Part shown: positions 8,711-17,926 of the stretch, piece by piece
How the letters are laid out: every line of letters begins with the position of its first letter
How positions within the stretch are numbered: the first letter of the stretch is position 1
Assembly (NCBI GenBank): GCA_022711395.1
Contig: JAKLFA010000002.1
Span: 323,864-387,863 of the forward strand
Direction of reading: 5' to 3'
Source of the DNA: Candidatus Omnitrophota bacterium
GTDB taxonomy: Bacteria > Omnitrophota > Gorgyraeia > Zapsychrales > JANLHA01
DNA length: 64,000 bases
Translations under genes and position numbers: made by a program
The notes under the pieces: model-generated
What the model was told of the DNA's origin: nothing
Database searches by the model: none
The model's input: only the letters and a program-made list of their open reading frames with translations

Positions 8711-11700
8711 GATGGACACTGGGACGTGCAGCATATAGGTCGTCCCTTCGCTCACTTCAATCTTGTGTTCTAAAGCGATATTAGGCAAGTACTGCAAAGG
8801 GATCGAATTGATGTCGATCCTCAGGACATGTTTTCCATCCGCGATATTATTGAAAAAATACGCCCCTCTCATGTCGCTGGATGACGTCAACTCTCCATCG
8901 AGGACCACTCTAACGTTGGCAAGTTTTTCTTCATTGGCGTCCGGGACCTTGTTTCCATTGGTGTCCACAAAAACGATCCCGTAGATCCCGGAACGCGTTG
9001 CCAGCGCGATGTCATGGTCAATAACATCCTTATGCTTGATCTCGAACTCTTCCTGAGACTGGTCTTGAAAGACGTACCCATCCGGGACCGTGTCAAAATC
9101 CAGCCCGATAACGAGCGTGCGCGCCTTGATCTGTGTGTAATACCATCCCGCCTCATCTGTCACGGCGGAATCCTCTCCGATCAGGACCCGAACACCGGCA
9201 ACACCGGGTTCCCCATCATCCTTGCGGCCGTTGGAATTGACGTCCTTAAAGACATGTCCCTGCACCAGAGCGGACGGGTTCCAGGCAAAACCCAAATCCC
9301 AGGTTGAACGCATCCCGAAATTCAAGCTTGCTTCTGTGTATGACGTGTTATTCAGGTTCTCCGACCAAATGTCCCGCAACCGTCCATCCACATAAATATC
9401 AACATCCTGATTCGGCGAGAACGTCAACCCGCTGCTTGTGGTCAAACTGTCTTCCCCGGCCAAAAAGCTCTTTTCACTTTCAGTGCGCTGCTCATCCCGG
9501 TACGAAAGGCCGGCGTTCCAGCGCCACTGGTCATTGATGGCCCTGCGATAGCTTAACGCCGAATAGAACACCGACGGATAGACCGTATCTGAAGGATCGC
9601 CGCGGTCTTTGACATAATACTGTTCATAGCTGTTTGAAAAGCTCAAGTTGTTGGTCAGAGAATATTGCGACCCAACCGTAATGCTGTTGCGGTCATAATC
9701 CGACTGCATATTGGAATCCGAACGGCGCAACTGCGTTGTGCCGGTGACATACGTTGAAAGGCTTCGAGAGAAGACATTAAACAGCCTTGAATAAGTCGTG
9801 CTTAAACGGGTGTCTGTGTCATCCGACAGAAGCCCGGGGCTGTGGAAATAATAGAAGTCGCTTCTCCAGGATGAGCGGTCTTCAAAAGGAAGATAAACAT
9901 TGGCGTTAAAATCCGTGTTAACGGCATCGGGGTTTTCAGGGTTTTCGATCTGGTGGTCCCGGTAAAGGTCCAGGTAGGTGTTAAAATCAAAACGTTCAAA
10001 CGCCTTACGGTAAATAAATTCCGTTCCCACTTCGCCTTGCCCTGCGGGAGCCCCGCTCACGTTGGCGTAGCCAGAGGGAATATTACGGGCCCGGACCTCA
10101 AAGCTGGTCTCATCATCCATGATATAATTCATCCGGGCTTTTTGCGCCATCTCATCTTCATCATGAGCGAATTCCGTGAACAACGAAACGTTTTCGTTGA
10201 ACTTGTTCTCCGTTTCCACGGAAACCGTCCGGTCCTTGGCGAACCGGGATTTATCATCCCCCCAGGCCCTGGCGTAATTGATCCCCAGCCCGAAATCATC
10301 GCTGGGTTTATACTTCATCCGCAGGCCTTCGACGTAGGATTCGTTTTTAGATGATATCGTCGGTGAAGCCACTGTTCCGTAAGTCGATCGGGCCTGCCCG
10401 CGCAGGATGGTATAACTCACTTCATCATAATAGACTTTGTCCTGGAACAGAACACCGCGGATCTGGCGGCCCGGCAATGTCAGGTCGCTGAAATGGGTCG
10501 TCGAATCAAAAAGGCGCAGATGAAAATCATCGACCATGGCGATATTGCCATCTGAAAGCCCCATGGTATAGTAGGTCGCCTCCGTTGGATCAAGATCTGT
10601 TTTATGAAGTGTGACCGCCCCGTCCAGATTTCCGTAAGGAGTGGGCCCGTAAAGACCGAAATTGTTGACAAAATTCAAAGAATCCCGGTCAAGATTGTCC
10701 TTGCTGTCCCCGGAATAATTCGTGTACCAGCTGGTGTCATAGGTGAATTTGAAATGCTCCACGGAGCCTTGCCGCTTGGGAGCATACAGCTGTTCCTTTT
10801 CAATGGTCTTGACGGGAAGGACCATCTTCAGGGTGAACGTCCATCGTCGCCCGGAATCTTCCCAGATATGCAAAAAAGTCTGGCTGCGCATGACAGGCGA
10901 GATTTCAATTTCAGTGCGGCTTGACTGAGCGATATCGATCACTTCAGGCGCGGTGACCAGAAAACGGCTGATCCGGTCATAGGAGCGGATCACGAGTTTC
11001 GTGTCTAAAGGCAATTCGATCAATGTGTTGGGCTGTTGTCCCCAAAGATAATCGGTCAATTCGATCAGTTCAACAGGAAATGTCTTGTCCGCCATGGCTG
11101 GAGCACGCAAAGTCCCGTCATCATCCAAATCATCACTCCCGGAAATTTGTGCGCGAGTCCCCAATGATGTTTTTTCAACGGCCGATGGCCAATCCGGATC
11201 GCTCTCAGCAAGGGCCGCGGCAGGCGTTTTTTCAGGACGTTGCTTCACGGCATCACGGACGATCTCCTCAGATGGCGATGTTTGACCCGAGGTCTTCGAT
11301 AAATCCGGCGCTGTTAAAGACCTGACAGGCTTGCCGGCAACGGCAGGCTTTGATGTGACGCGTTCTGGCGAAATGTTTCTGTCAGGCAGAACCGGGGCCG
11401 TTTTCTCCTTGCGGTCGGAGATCGGTCCTTTTTCCTGAACCGGCAGATCCTCAATGCGGTTCTCGATCAAACGCTTTACAAGATTGATATAGTGGACGAG
11501 CTCCGGATCGCCGGGCTGCACACTTTGAGCGGTTTCAAAAAAAAGCAGGGCCCGCTGATAATCCCTTTTTTCAAGGGCCTCAAAAGCAAGCTCCCGATAA
11601 TTTTGATAGATCGTGGAGTATTGCGCAAAGGCAGGGCCCGGCATGGGTTCCGTAAAACTTAGCCCAAACCCTATCGTGGTCAAAACGAAAATATGGATGA

Positions 11701-11716
11701 GTTGTTGACGTCTCAT
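8702..11716 (-). CDS. 1004-aa outer-membrane protein: signal peptide, TPR-like N-domain, long Pro/Ser/Thr-rich linker, a small periplasmic domain, a large (about 550 aa) beta-barrel and two C-terminal SdrD-B/CarboxypepD_reg-like beta-sandwich domains. Candidate usher-like assembly platform.
   Basis: Signal peptide MRRQQLIHIFVLTTIGFGLSF…AFAQ; TPR-like …YQRALLFFETAQSVQPGDPELVHYINLVKRL…; alternating aromatic beta-strand pattern across about 550 aa; C-terminal repeats …VQGHVFKDVNSNGRKDDGEPGVAGVRV… and …IYGIVFVDTNGNKVPDANEEKLANVRVVL…. Confidence 0.45.
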   Translation of the reverse strand: MRRQQLIHIFVLTTIGFGLSFTEPMPGPAFAQYSTIYQNYRELAFEALEKRDYQRALLFFETAQSVQPGDPELVHYINLVKRLIENRIEDLPVQEKGPISDRKEKTAPVLPDRNISPERVTSKPAVAGKPVRSLTAPDLSKTSGQTSPSEEIVRDAVKQRPEKTPAAALAESDPDWPSAVEKTSLGTRAQISGSDDLDDDGTLRAPAMADKTFPVELIELTDYLWGQQPNTLIELPLDTKLVIRSYDRISRFLVTAPEVIDIAQSSRTEIEISPVMRSQTFLHIWEDSGRRWTFTLKMVLPVKTIEKEQLYAPKRQGSVEHFKFTYDTSWYTNYSGDSKDNLDRDSLNFVNNFGLYGPTPYGNLDGAVTLHKTDLDPTEATYYTMGLSDGNIAMVDDFHLRLFDSTTHFSDLTLPGRQIRGVLFQDKVYYDEVSYTILRGQARSTYGTVASPTISSKNESYVEGLRMKYKPSDDFGLGINYARAWGDDKSRFAKDRTVSVETENKFNENVSLFTEFAHDEDEMAQKARMNYIMDDETSFEVRARNIPSGYANVSGAPAGQGEVGTEFIYRKAFERFDFNTYLDLYRDHQIENPENPDAVNTDFNANVYLPFEDRSSWRSDFYYFHSPGLLSDDTDTRLSTTYSRLFNVFSRSLSTYVTGTTQLRRSDSNMQSDYDRNSITVGSQYSLTNNLSFSNSYEQYYVKDRGDPSDTVYPSVFYSALSYRRAINDQWRWNAGLSYRDEQRTESEKSFLAGEDSLTTSSGLTFSPNQDVDIYVDGRLRDIWSENLNNTSYTEASLNFGMRSTWDLGFAWNPSALVQGHVFKDVNSNGRKDDGEPGVAGVRVLIGEDSAVTDEAGWYYTQIKARTLVIGLDFDTVPDGYVFQDQSQEEFEIKHKDVIDHDIALATRSGIYGIVFVDTNGNKVPDANEEKLANVRVVLDGELTSSSDMRGAYFFNNIADGKHVLRIDINSIPLQYLPNIALEHKIEVSEGTTYMLHVPVSIKK

Positions 11717-11738
11717 GACATTCGTTTTTTAAGATCTG

Positions 11739-12578
11739 TTATTGCGTGGCGATCACCTTATAGCTCACGCCTGTTTTGCTGAATTCCACTTCCGTGACAG
11801 AAGACGCCCCATCCTCCAGGTCAAAGGTCAGGACCGTCAAATATCGCCCATCATCCGCGACCCCCGAAGAAAGCTTGATCTCAAATTGAGCATCACTGCC
11901 AGCAGGAAGATAGATCTTATCAGCCTCCCCTCGGTCAGCGGGCACCCCTGAGCCGGAATTCAAAATATAAAACAAGGGCGTGATCACGAGGGTGACGTTC
12001 CCCTGGTTCTTTACGGTCCCACGCATGGTCCCGCCTTCAATGTTGATATCCGAAACCGCGATCTTTTTGGTCCGGTCATTGGTCTCAACAAAGAACAGGG
12101 TCCCCACCCTCGACAGGACCGTAAGCCCCGCTTTACTGCCCTCCCCGACCGGCGTCAGACCGCCATCCAGGATCGTCTTCTCCATAAATAATACGCAATA
12201 GTATCCCCCGTCCGCGTCTGCCGGCATGTTGATCGTGTAATTGATCTTTTTCTGTGAAAATGGCGGAATATGCACGGTCTGCGGATAAAAATTGATCCAC
12301 TGGCTGCAGGAATCAGACACTGTCCCTGACGGAAAAAATTCTTTTTTACCTCTGAATGGCGGAATATAACGGAAGTCCTCAAAATAGACCGTCAGGTCGA
12401 TCGCTTCGTTGCCGGTATTGTGGACCGTCAAGGCATCGGCCGTTTTTTGGGCCGGCGCCAATGAGAGTTTGACCTTTCCCTGCTCAACCAGGACTTGGGC
12501 GTCCGCGAAAGGGATCATCACCCAGCAGTAAAACCACATGATAAGCAGGATTTTTTTAACGCTTTTCCGCATCGTCAT
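11739..12578 (-). CDS. Periplasmic protein, candidate PapD-like pilus chaperone (two Ig-like domains inferred)
   Basis: Signal peptide, and an N-terminal …QGKVKLSLAPAQKTADALTVHNTGNEAIDLTVYFEDF… that resembles the chaperone N-domain pattern. A …TPLFY… segment and operon context next to pilin-like and OMP genes also support it. The call is weak from sequence alone. Confidence 0.3.
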   Translation of the reverse strand: MTMRKSVKKILLIMWFYCWVMIPFADAQVLVEQGKVKLSLAPAQKTADALTVHNTGNEAIDLTVYFEDFRYIPPFRGKKEFFPSGTVSDSCSQWINFYPQTVHIPPFSQKKINYTINMPADADGGYYCVLFMEKTILDGGLTPVGEGSKAGLTVLSRVGTLFFVETNDRTKKIAVSDINIEGGTMRGTVKNQGNVTLVITPLFYILNSGSGVPADRGEADKIYLPAGSDAQFEIKLSSGVADDGRYLTVLTFDLEDGASSVTEVEFSKTGVSYKVIATQ

Positions 12579-12605
12579 CCCTCCCTCGATCCATTCTTAA
12601 AATAG

Positions 12606-12635
12606 CGGGCGCCCTTGAAGATCAAGAGCGCCCCC
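12606..12635 (-). terminator. GC-rich hairpin with a short T-tract between the pilin-like gene and the chaperone-like gene (candidate intra-operon attenuator)
   Basis: Minus-strand RNA GGGGGCGCUCUUGAUCUUCAAGGGCGCCCGCUAUUUU has a 6-bp GC stem followed by UAUUUU. Confidence 0.3.
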
Positions 12636-12658
12636 AAACGTTCTACAATCAACAGATG

Positions 12659-13273
12659 TTAATTGACAACAGCCGTGACCAACAGGATCCCGGAATAATC
12701 ACCAGGATTATCGGCCGGGCTGAACACTTCTTCGTCATCATCACCGGTGCTGTTATCCGGATCGCCGTTGAAAATGCCGACATAGAGTCTCGGCCATCCG
12801 CCCGTAAACTGGCTCTTATCCAAGGTGCCGATACCGGCGACTTTGCCCAAAAGGACTTTATTGATCACCGTATCGTTATCACCGTCGGTCTTAACAACCG
12901 TCAACGAACCCTTGACATCCAGGCCGCCTAAGGCTGTTCCCTGATTCGGGTTCGTGCCCGGCGTGTAGGAGAAGGAGATATCATCCGGTTGTCCGGCTCC
13001 GTCGCCTGTGGTGCCGATGTCGATAGCATAATAAAACGGTGAATAAAAGATCCCGTTGACGCTATCATAAAGCAGCTGCCCGAAGTTGAGGGCGTTGGTG
13101 GCCGGGGTCCAAGTGCTTCCCTGAACACGGCTGACAACGAACTGGATCGCGCTGGATTTCTGAATGTTGACATTGATCCCGAACGATCCCTGGTCTGCGA
13201 AACCCGCAGTTGCGCCCAGAAGCAGCACAGCCACTCCCAGAAGCATGATGAAACTGAACTTGATTGTTTTCAT
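12659..13273 (-). CDS. Small secreted protein (about 175 aa mature), candidate pilin-like subunit (SCPU / spore-coat-U-like)
   Basis: AGGAGG RBS before ATG at 13273 (MKTIKFSFIMLLGVAVLLLGATAGFA). Gly/Thr/Asp-rich, beta-type sequence with an …LNFGQL… motif. Sits immediately upstream of the chaperone-like gene. Confidence 0.35.
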   Translation of the reverse strand: MKTIKFSFIMLLGVAVLLLGATAGFADQGSFGINVNIQKSSAIQFVVSRVQGSTWTPATNALNFGQLLYDSVNGIFYSPFYYAIDIGTTGDGAGQPDDISFSYTPGTNPNQGTALGGLDVKGSLTVVKTDGDNDTVINKVLLGKVAGIGTLDKSQFTGGWPRLYVGIFNGDPDNSTGDDDEEVFSPADNPGDYSGILLVTAVVN

Positions 13274-13314
13274 ATGTTCCTCCTTTATTTTTTTATTTAT
13301 AAAAACGAGCTGGT

Positions 13315-14700
13315 TCACATTTCTCCAAGTGAATAGCGGACCTCGGTATAGTAATCCCCGGGTGCCATTTCCGCGTAAGGTCTCACTTGGTAGAAAACAC
13401 GAAACTTCGCCGGCGAACCTGTTTTGTCAGAAGTAAAAAGCACCTCGCCACGCTCTTTGACAGGTTCAAATTCCGGCGCCAAGACCCTCCCGGTTGATTC
13501 CTCCAACAGCTCGGTACTGACTAAAAAATACTGCGGATCCAGTCGCTGCCCGCGTTCATTGGCCAAAGGCGTCGTCAGCTCCTGGGTCACGGAATACGGC
13601 CTTCCAATGTTGGAATTGACCTTCACCACGACAGAAAAAGTCTGCGGCGGGCCGCCCGCGAACAGATTCTTGAACCGCATAGGCCCTTCAGGAAATCCCA
13701 GTTCGATCTCAAATTCCGGCTTGATGTAGACCGCCAGATCAAACAAGTATTCCTTTTCTCCCTGCGGGCCTGAAACAGCATACCTCAATTGTCCCAAATA
13801 TTCCCCCGCCTCCAATGAGGAAAAAAAGGACGGGTCCACGCCGTAGCGGAGCACGCATTGATCATCAGCCGTGTTTGCTGAGTAGATCAGCATGCGCCTG
13901 CGCTCCATCGCGGCCTTATTACTGTAAGGCAGCTCGGAACTCACGTTGCATTGAGAATCAAATGTCAAAGACTGCAATGGGATCTCTTTTCCATTGCTGT
14001 TATTAGTCGGAACACGCAAAAGTTCCTGATAAACTTTCAGTTCGCCCACATTCCCGTCATACGAAAGATCCACGCGATAAGCCGGCTCTGAACCGCGCTC
14101 ATTGGACAGCTCGATCTGATCACGCCCCCGCTCTCCTCTTATTTCCAAATTAAAATCCAGTTCCGCGTCCAGGATCACATCCAGATAAATATTCTGCTCA
14201 TTTCCACCGCCCGATACCGGCCGCACCGAAAACATAATTCGGCCATAATACTGCCCGGATTTCGTGATCCGGTCCCGGTCCACGATGTAGGCCAGGACAA
14301 ACCGGTCGCTCGATCCGTTTTCAGGGGACGTGTAGATCAATTGTTCCGAACGGCCTAGATATTCAGGCATTTGCGCGTAGAGCGCCCCGGATGAATTGGA
14401 CCCAGAGACAGAATAAAATTGGAGCACGTCACGGTTCTGCATTCCGCCCTGAGGTGATGTCAACGGATCGATCATCCGCTGAAAGACCTGGTATTGACTT
14501 CCCTCGCTTGAAGTCAGACGGATGCGCACTTCCTTCTGCCTGCCATCCAAAACGTCCTGCCGGCCGAACTGAAGTGAGGAACTTCCCTGGATCGTGGTGG
14601 CAGAGATCGACACCTCAGCGAGGGCCGCGGAAACATTCCCCAGGACCATCACGCCCAGCAAAAGCCCCAAATATGTCCCTGTCTTCTTAATCATGGTCAA
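13315..14700 (-). CDS. 461-aa secreted protein of unknown function, first gene of the fibre-like operon (candidate large subunit/adhesin)
   Basis: Signal peptide MTMIKKTGTYLGLLLGVMVLGNVSAALA. Beta-rich, with an …SLQFGRQD… motif resembling that of the 219-aa protein. No known domain recognised. Confidence 0.4.
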   Translation of the reverse strand: MTMIKKTGTYLGLLLGVMVLGNVSAALAEVSISATTIQGSSSLQFGRQDVLDGRQKEVRIRLTSSEGSQYQVFQRMIDPLTSPQGGMQNRDVLQFYSVSGSNSSGALYAQMPEYLGRSEQLIYTSPENGSSDRFVLAYIVDRDRITKSGQYYGRIMFSVRPVSGGGNEQNIYLDVILDAELDFNLEIRGERGRDQIELSNERGSEPAYRVDLSYDGNVGELKVYQELLRVPTNNSNGKEIPLQSLTFDSQCNVSSELPYSNKAAMERRRMLIYSANTADDQCVLRYGVDPSFFSSLEAGEYLGQLRYAVSGPQGEKEYLFDLAVYIKPEFEIELGFPEGPMRFKNLFAGGPPQTFSVVVKVNSNIGRPYSVTQELTTPLANERGQRLDPQYFLVSTELLEESTGRVLAPEFEPVKERGEVLFTSDKTGSPAKFRVFYQVRPYAEMAPGDYYTEVRYSLGEM

Positions 14701-14841
14701 AATCCTTTAAAGAATAAGGAGCAAAAAATATACCATATAATATATATTATATTGCCTAAAAATTGATGAAAAACAAGAAAAAATCAAAAAAAATGATTGG
14801 TTTTGGAAGCTGTTTAGAAAATTAAACAGCATCACAACACT
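14701..14841 (-). promoter_or_regulatory. AT-rich intergenic region: candidate promoter/regulatory region for the 14700->8702 operon
   Basis: An AT-rich stretch of about 140 nt (…atatatattatattgcctaaaaattgatgaaaaacaagaaaaaatcaaaaaaaatgattgg…) between two same-strand genes in an otherwise GC-rich window. Confidence 0.3.
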
Positions 14842-16314
14842 TTAATTCAATGACCCTGAACCGCTTTGAGCAGGAATGTTATTACGCATCAAAATTTCTT
14901 TGGTAATATCTTGTATTTTATCCGTGGCGATAATGATCTTTTGGCCAAAATCCGTCTCAAAACGGATAAACTCACCGGTCTCATTTTCAAGCAAGGACAC
15001 AAAATCCGAAAATGATACAAACTCGTTCCCGTTTACGTTCTTAATGACTTCATGGTTCACATCAAAATATCCGACGCTCAGATCATCCGGCAAAATGTTC
15101 AATAAGACCACGATCTCTTTTTTGCGCGGATAATTCAGCCGCGCTTTTCCAAAGGCATAATCAAGATATCCCAAAGGGGCGGTCTCCCACCAATTTTTCC
15201 CCCAGGTCTGCAAAAGATCCATGCTTAAAACAGTAAAAACCAACCCGCCATAGATATAATACGGCGGCTTTGAATAACTGTTGGGCGGCGGGACCAGACC
15301 TTTAAAATCCGTGAACGTCACCGGCACTTTCAGGATATTCCCCTCCCGTAAGACCAAAAGCTCGGCGATCTCACCGATCTGTTTTTCAGTGACCAGATAG
15401 GAAAAGTCCAACCGTTCATTGCTCCGGAACTGGATCGTCGCGTCCGCTTCGATCTTGACGCCGTCGATCTCCATCAGGACGTCGCCTTCTTTCAAAACCT
15501 GATCCACCGGCGAGAACGGCAAGGCCCTGGAGATCACCACCCCTTCGTTCTTTTTGGGGATCCGGTAGAATTTCTGCAGGGCCGGGTTTTCGCTATTATC
15601 ATATTCGATCCCAAGAAAGGGAAAGCCGTCATACTCCCCGTCATCGACATCCTTTAAAAAATGGGTGATGACGTTGGTCGGGATCATAAAACCGATATTT
15701 TGACTGTTGGCGATCGCCTGCATGGCCACACCGACCAGCTTTCCATCCTGCACCACAGGCCCACCGCTGTTGCCCGGATTGATGGCCGCGTCGATCTGCA
15801 CGCCTAAAAGGCGCTTTCCGCTTTGAGCGTAGGGGATGATCTCAATGCGGGACACCACTCCTTTGGTAATGGAAAGCTTGTCCCCTCCCAAGGGAAATCC
15901 AATGACAAGGACCGAATCCTGAAGCTGAGGCAGACCTCCCAGGGATAACGGCTGCAAATCCGAAAAGAACTCCGGGTCATCCACGGTCAAAAGGGCAAGG
16001 TCGCAATCATGGCCGATCGCCAGAAGCCGTGCCGTGTATTTTTTGGGAGAAGACTGTTTGCGGACCTGAATAAAGGTATGATCAGCCACCACATGCGCGT
16101 TGGTCACAATACGGTTTCCCGCGATCACTCCCCCCGACCCTGTCGAAGCCTGGCTTCCCAGCGTTTGCCAGGGTTTTGAAAAATCCACCGGGTTTGCCGT
16201 GACAAAGACCTTGACCACCGCGTCCGAAATGTCCGCGGAAAAAGCCGTTTGATGCGGAGCAATAAAAAAACAGAGCGACCCGCACAGAATGACCAGCCGT
16301 AGTATTTTGCTCAT
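14842..16314 (-). CDS. Periplasmic serine endoprotease of the DegP/HtrA family (trypsin-like domain plus PDZ)
   Basis: Catalytic His context …GNRIVTNAHVV… and GNSGGPVV serine motif, followed by a PDZ-like C-terminus. Start is at MSKILRLVILC… (16314); the track ORF was over-extended. Confidence 0.8.
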   Translation of the reverse strand: MSKILRLVILCGSLCFFIAPHQTAFSADISDAVVKVFVTANPVDFSKPWQTLGSQASTGSGGVIAGNRIVTNAHVVADHTFIQVRKQSSPKKYTARLLAIGHDCDLALLTVDDPEFFSDLQPLSLGGLPQLQDSVLVIGFPLGGDKLSITKGVVSRIEIIPYAQSGKRLLGVQIDAAINPGNSGGPVVQDGKLVGVAMQAIANSQNIGFMIPTNVITHFLKDVDDGEYDGFPFLGIEYDNSENPALQKFYRIPKKNEGVVISRALPFSPVDQVLKEGDVLMEIDGVKIEADATIQFRSNERLDFSYLVTEKQIGEIAELLVLREGNILKVPVTFTDFKGLVPPPNSYSKPPYYIYGGLVFTVLSMDLLQTWGKNWWETAPLGYLDYAFGKARLNYPRKKEIVVLLNILPDDLSVGYFDVNHEVIKNVNGNEFVSFSDFVSLLENETGEFIRFETDFGQKIIIATDKIQDITKEILMRNNIPAQSGSGSLN

Positions 16315-16336
16315 GGTGTATCCTTTTGATTGTGTG

Positions 16337-17926
16337 TTAAAAAGAACCTCGGCCAGAAGAAAAACTTTCGGAAAGGTCATCTTTGATCTGCTGATAAACG
16401 GCTTCATCGGACAACCCATACATCCATTCCTGAGGGATCAATTCCGAGGTGCGGGCCATACCAGAAGGCTCGGATAAGGCCTCTCGCCCATCTCCCTGCC
16501 AGGTCACGGCCTTGCCATCCGGAACAGACGCGGATCCCATGATCTTACGAAGTTCCATTTCCCTCCGTTCCAAAAGAATGGTCAGGTCTTTGATTTTGAC
16601 CCTGTAATTATCGATCCGGTCATTCAGCTCGAGGATCGTGCGGTCCTTGAGCATAAAAACATCATTGATCCTCGCCAGGTCCAGGTCTCTCCCCTGAAGG
16701 GAACGACGTAACCGGGATATCTGAACCTCTTTCTTAAGATTATCAACCCGCAGCCAGATATTGGCCTTTGATAAACGGTCAAGCTGTTGCCCGATCTTGG
16801 CCATCTCCACCTGATTACCCAGGGCCACGTCCTGAATGCGGGCACGAAGACCCGAAACCTCATTTCTCAATTCTTCAAGCCCCCCGTTGGCCAGTCTGCC
16901 GCCATTGCTGCCTAAATCATGGACCTGTTTCTCAAGATCCAAGATCTGCGTATCTTTATCCGTAACGATCTTCTGCACCAGAAGCAGCCGCTCCTTGGTC
17001 TCGGCCAATTCCTGCTGTAAAGTCTGGATCTGGGACGTGCGGTCCGCCAGACGGCTTTCTCCTTCATAAAGGTTCAGTGACATATCCGCCAGTTCCTGGG
17101 TCAGACGCGTCACCTCACCGGAGGTCTGGGAAAGTTTCTGCTGCAGAACGTCCATTTCAAGCGCAACGGAATCAAATCGTCCGGAAAAAGCGTCCAGCTG
17201 TTTCTGCTGCTGGTCAATGACCGTGTTCTTGAGCGCCAACTCTCCTCGGATCTCGGTGATATCAAGGTCGACCGCCGCTTCTTTCCGCTGGGCTTCCAAG
17301 ACACGGACCCTGGCCTCAAGCTCGGATTTTTGCCGTCGAAGTTTTATGTCCCGCTCGCCATAAACATCCACATAGGCCAGGTAGGCCTTTTTGAGGTTCG
17401 AAAGGATCTCATAAACGGACATCTTTTTAGATGAGCTGTCCTGCATCCCCCCAAAGACCGTTGGAAGAACGATCGATTTAAGCTCGATCAAGCGTTCCGA
17501 CCCCTCGTTCAGCAATTCAACATCGGGTTCCGCGCTCACCTGAAGATAGCGTTCCCGGGCCTGGGATGCCTGTTCTTCGATCATGCGCGCGCTGGATTCA
17601 TAAAATTCAAGCCTCGTCCTTAAAAATTCCAGATATCCCAAAATGTCCATGCAGCGCCTGCCTTCATCGGCCGCCTGCTCAGCGATCTTTTCGATGCTGG
17701 CGCTAAGCTGATCAAACGCCGCGCGGTCAAGAGGATCGCGCGACAGAACTCCAGCGTATGACATCGCCGCATCCGCATAATTTTTTTCAGCAAAGAGCTT
17801 CTCAGCGTATTCACGCTGCCAGGTCATCGTCCTTTCGCCGGCTTGAGCACAGGCCGGCGAACCCCCAGCGAAGACCGCTATGGTGAAAAAAACAAGAAGA
17901 ACCATCCGTTGAATAGACATGATCAT
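16337..17926 (-). CDS. Secreted/periplasmic coiled-coil protein with an N-terminal TPR-like segment (529 aa)
   Basis: Signal peptide (…VFAGGSPACAQA) and a long heptad-rich region rich in Q/E/L/R. No enzymatic motif. Confidence 0.55.
   Translation of the reverse strand: MIMSIQRMVLLVFFTIAVFAGGSPACAQAGERTMTWQREYAEKLFAEKNYADAAMSYAGVLSRDPLDRAAFDQLSASIEKIAEQAADEGRRCMDILGYLEFLRTRLEFYESSARMIEEQASQARERYLQVSAEPDVELLNEGSERLIELKSIVLPTVFGGMQDSSSKKMSVYEILSNLKKAYLAYVDVYGERDIKLRRQKSELEARVRVLEAQRKEAAVDLDITEIRGELALKNTVIDQQQKQLDAFSGRFDSVALEMDVLQQKLSQTSGEVTRLTQELADMSLNLYEGESRLADRTSQIQTLQQELAETKERLLLVQKIVTDKDTQILDLEKQVHDLGSNGGRLANGGLEELRNEVSGLRARIQDVALGNQVEMAKIGQQLDRLSKANIWLRVDNLKKEVQISRLRRSLQGRDLDLARINDVFMLKDRTILELNDRIDNYRVKIKDLTILLERREMELRKIMGSASVPDGKAVTWQGDGREALSEPSGMARTSELIPQEWMYGLSDEAVYQQIKDDLSESFSSGRGSF

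Noticed and set aside
8702-11716. Secretin (T2SS/Tad CpaC-like) interpretation of the large OMP
   Set aside because: There is no C-terminal secretin-domain signature. The protein ends in two Cna-B/SdrD-like sandwiches after a porin-like alternating-aromatic barrel, which fits an usher-like or novel OMP better.
12659-13318. Track start of the pilin-like gene at 13318 (MNQLVFINKKIKEEH…)
   Set aside because: An AGGAGG RBS sits 6 nt before the internal ATG at 13273, which begins a canonical signal peptide. The longer form would overlap the upstream gene and lack an RBS.
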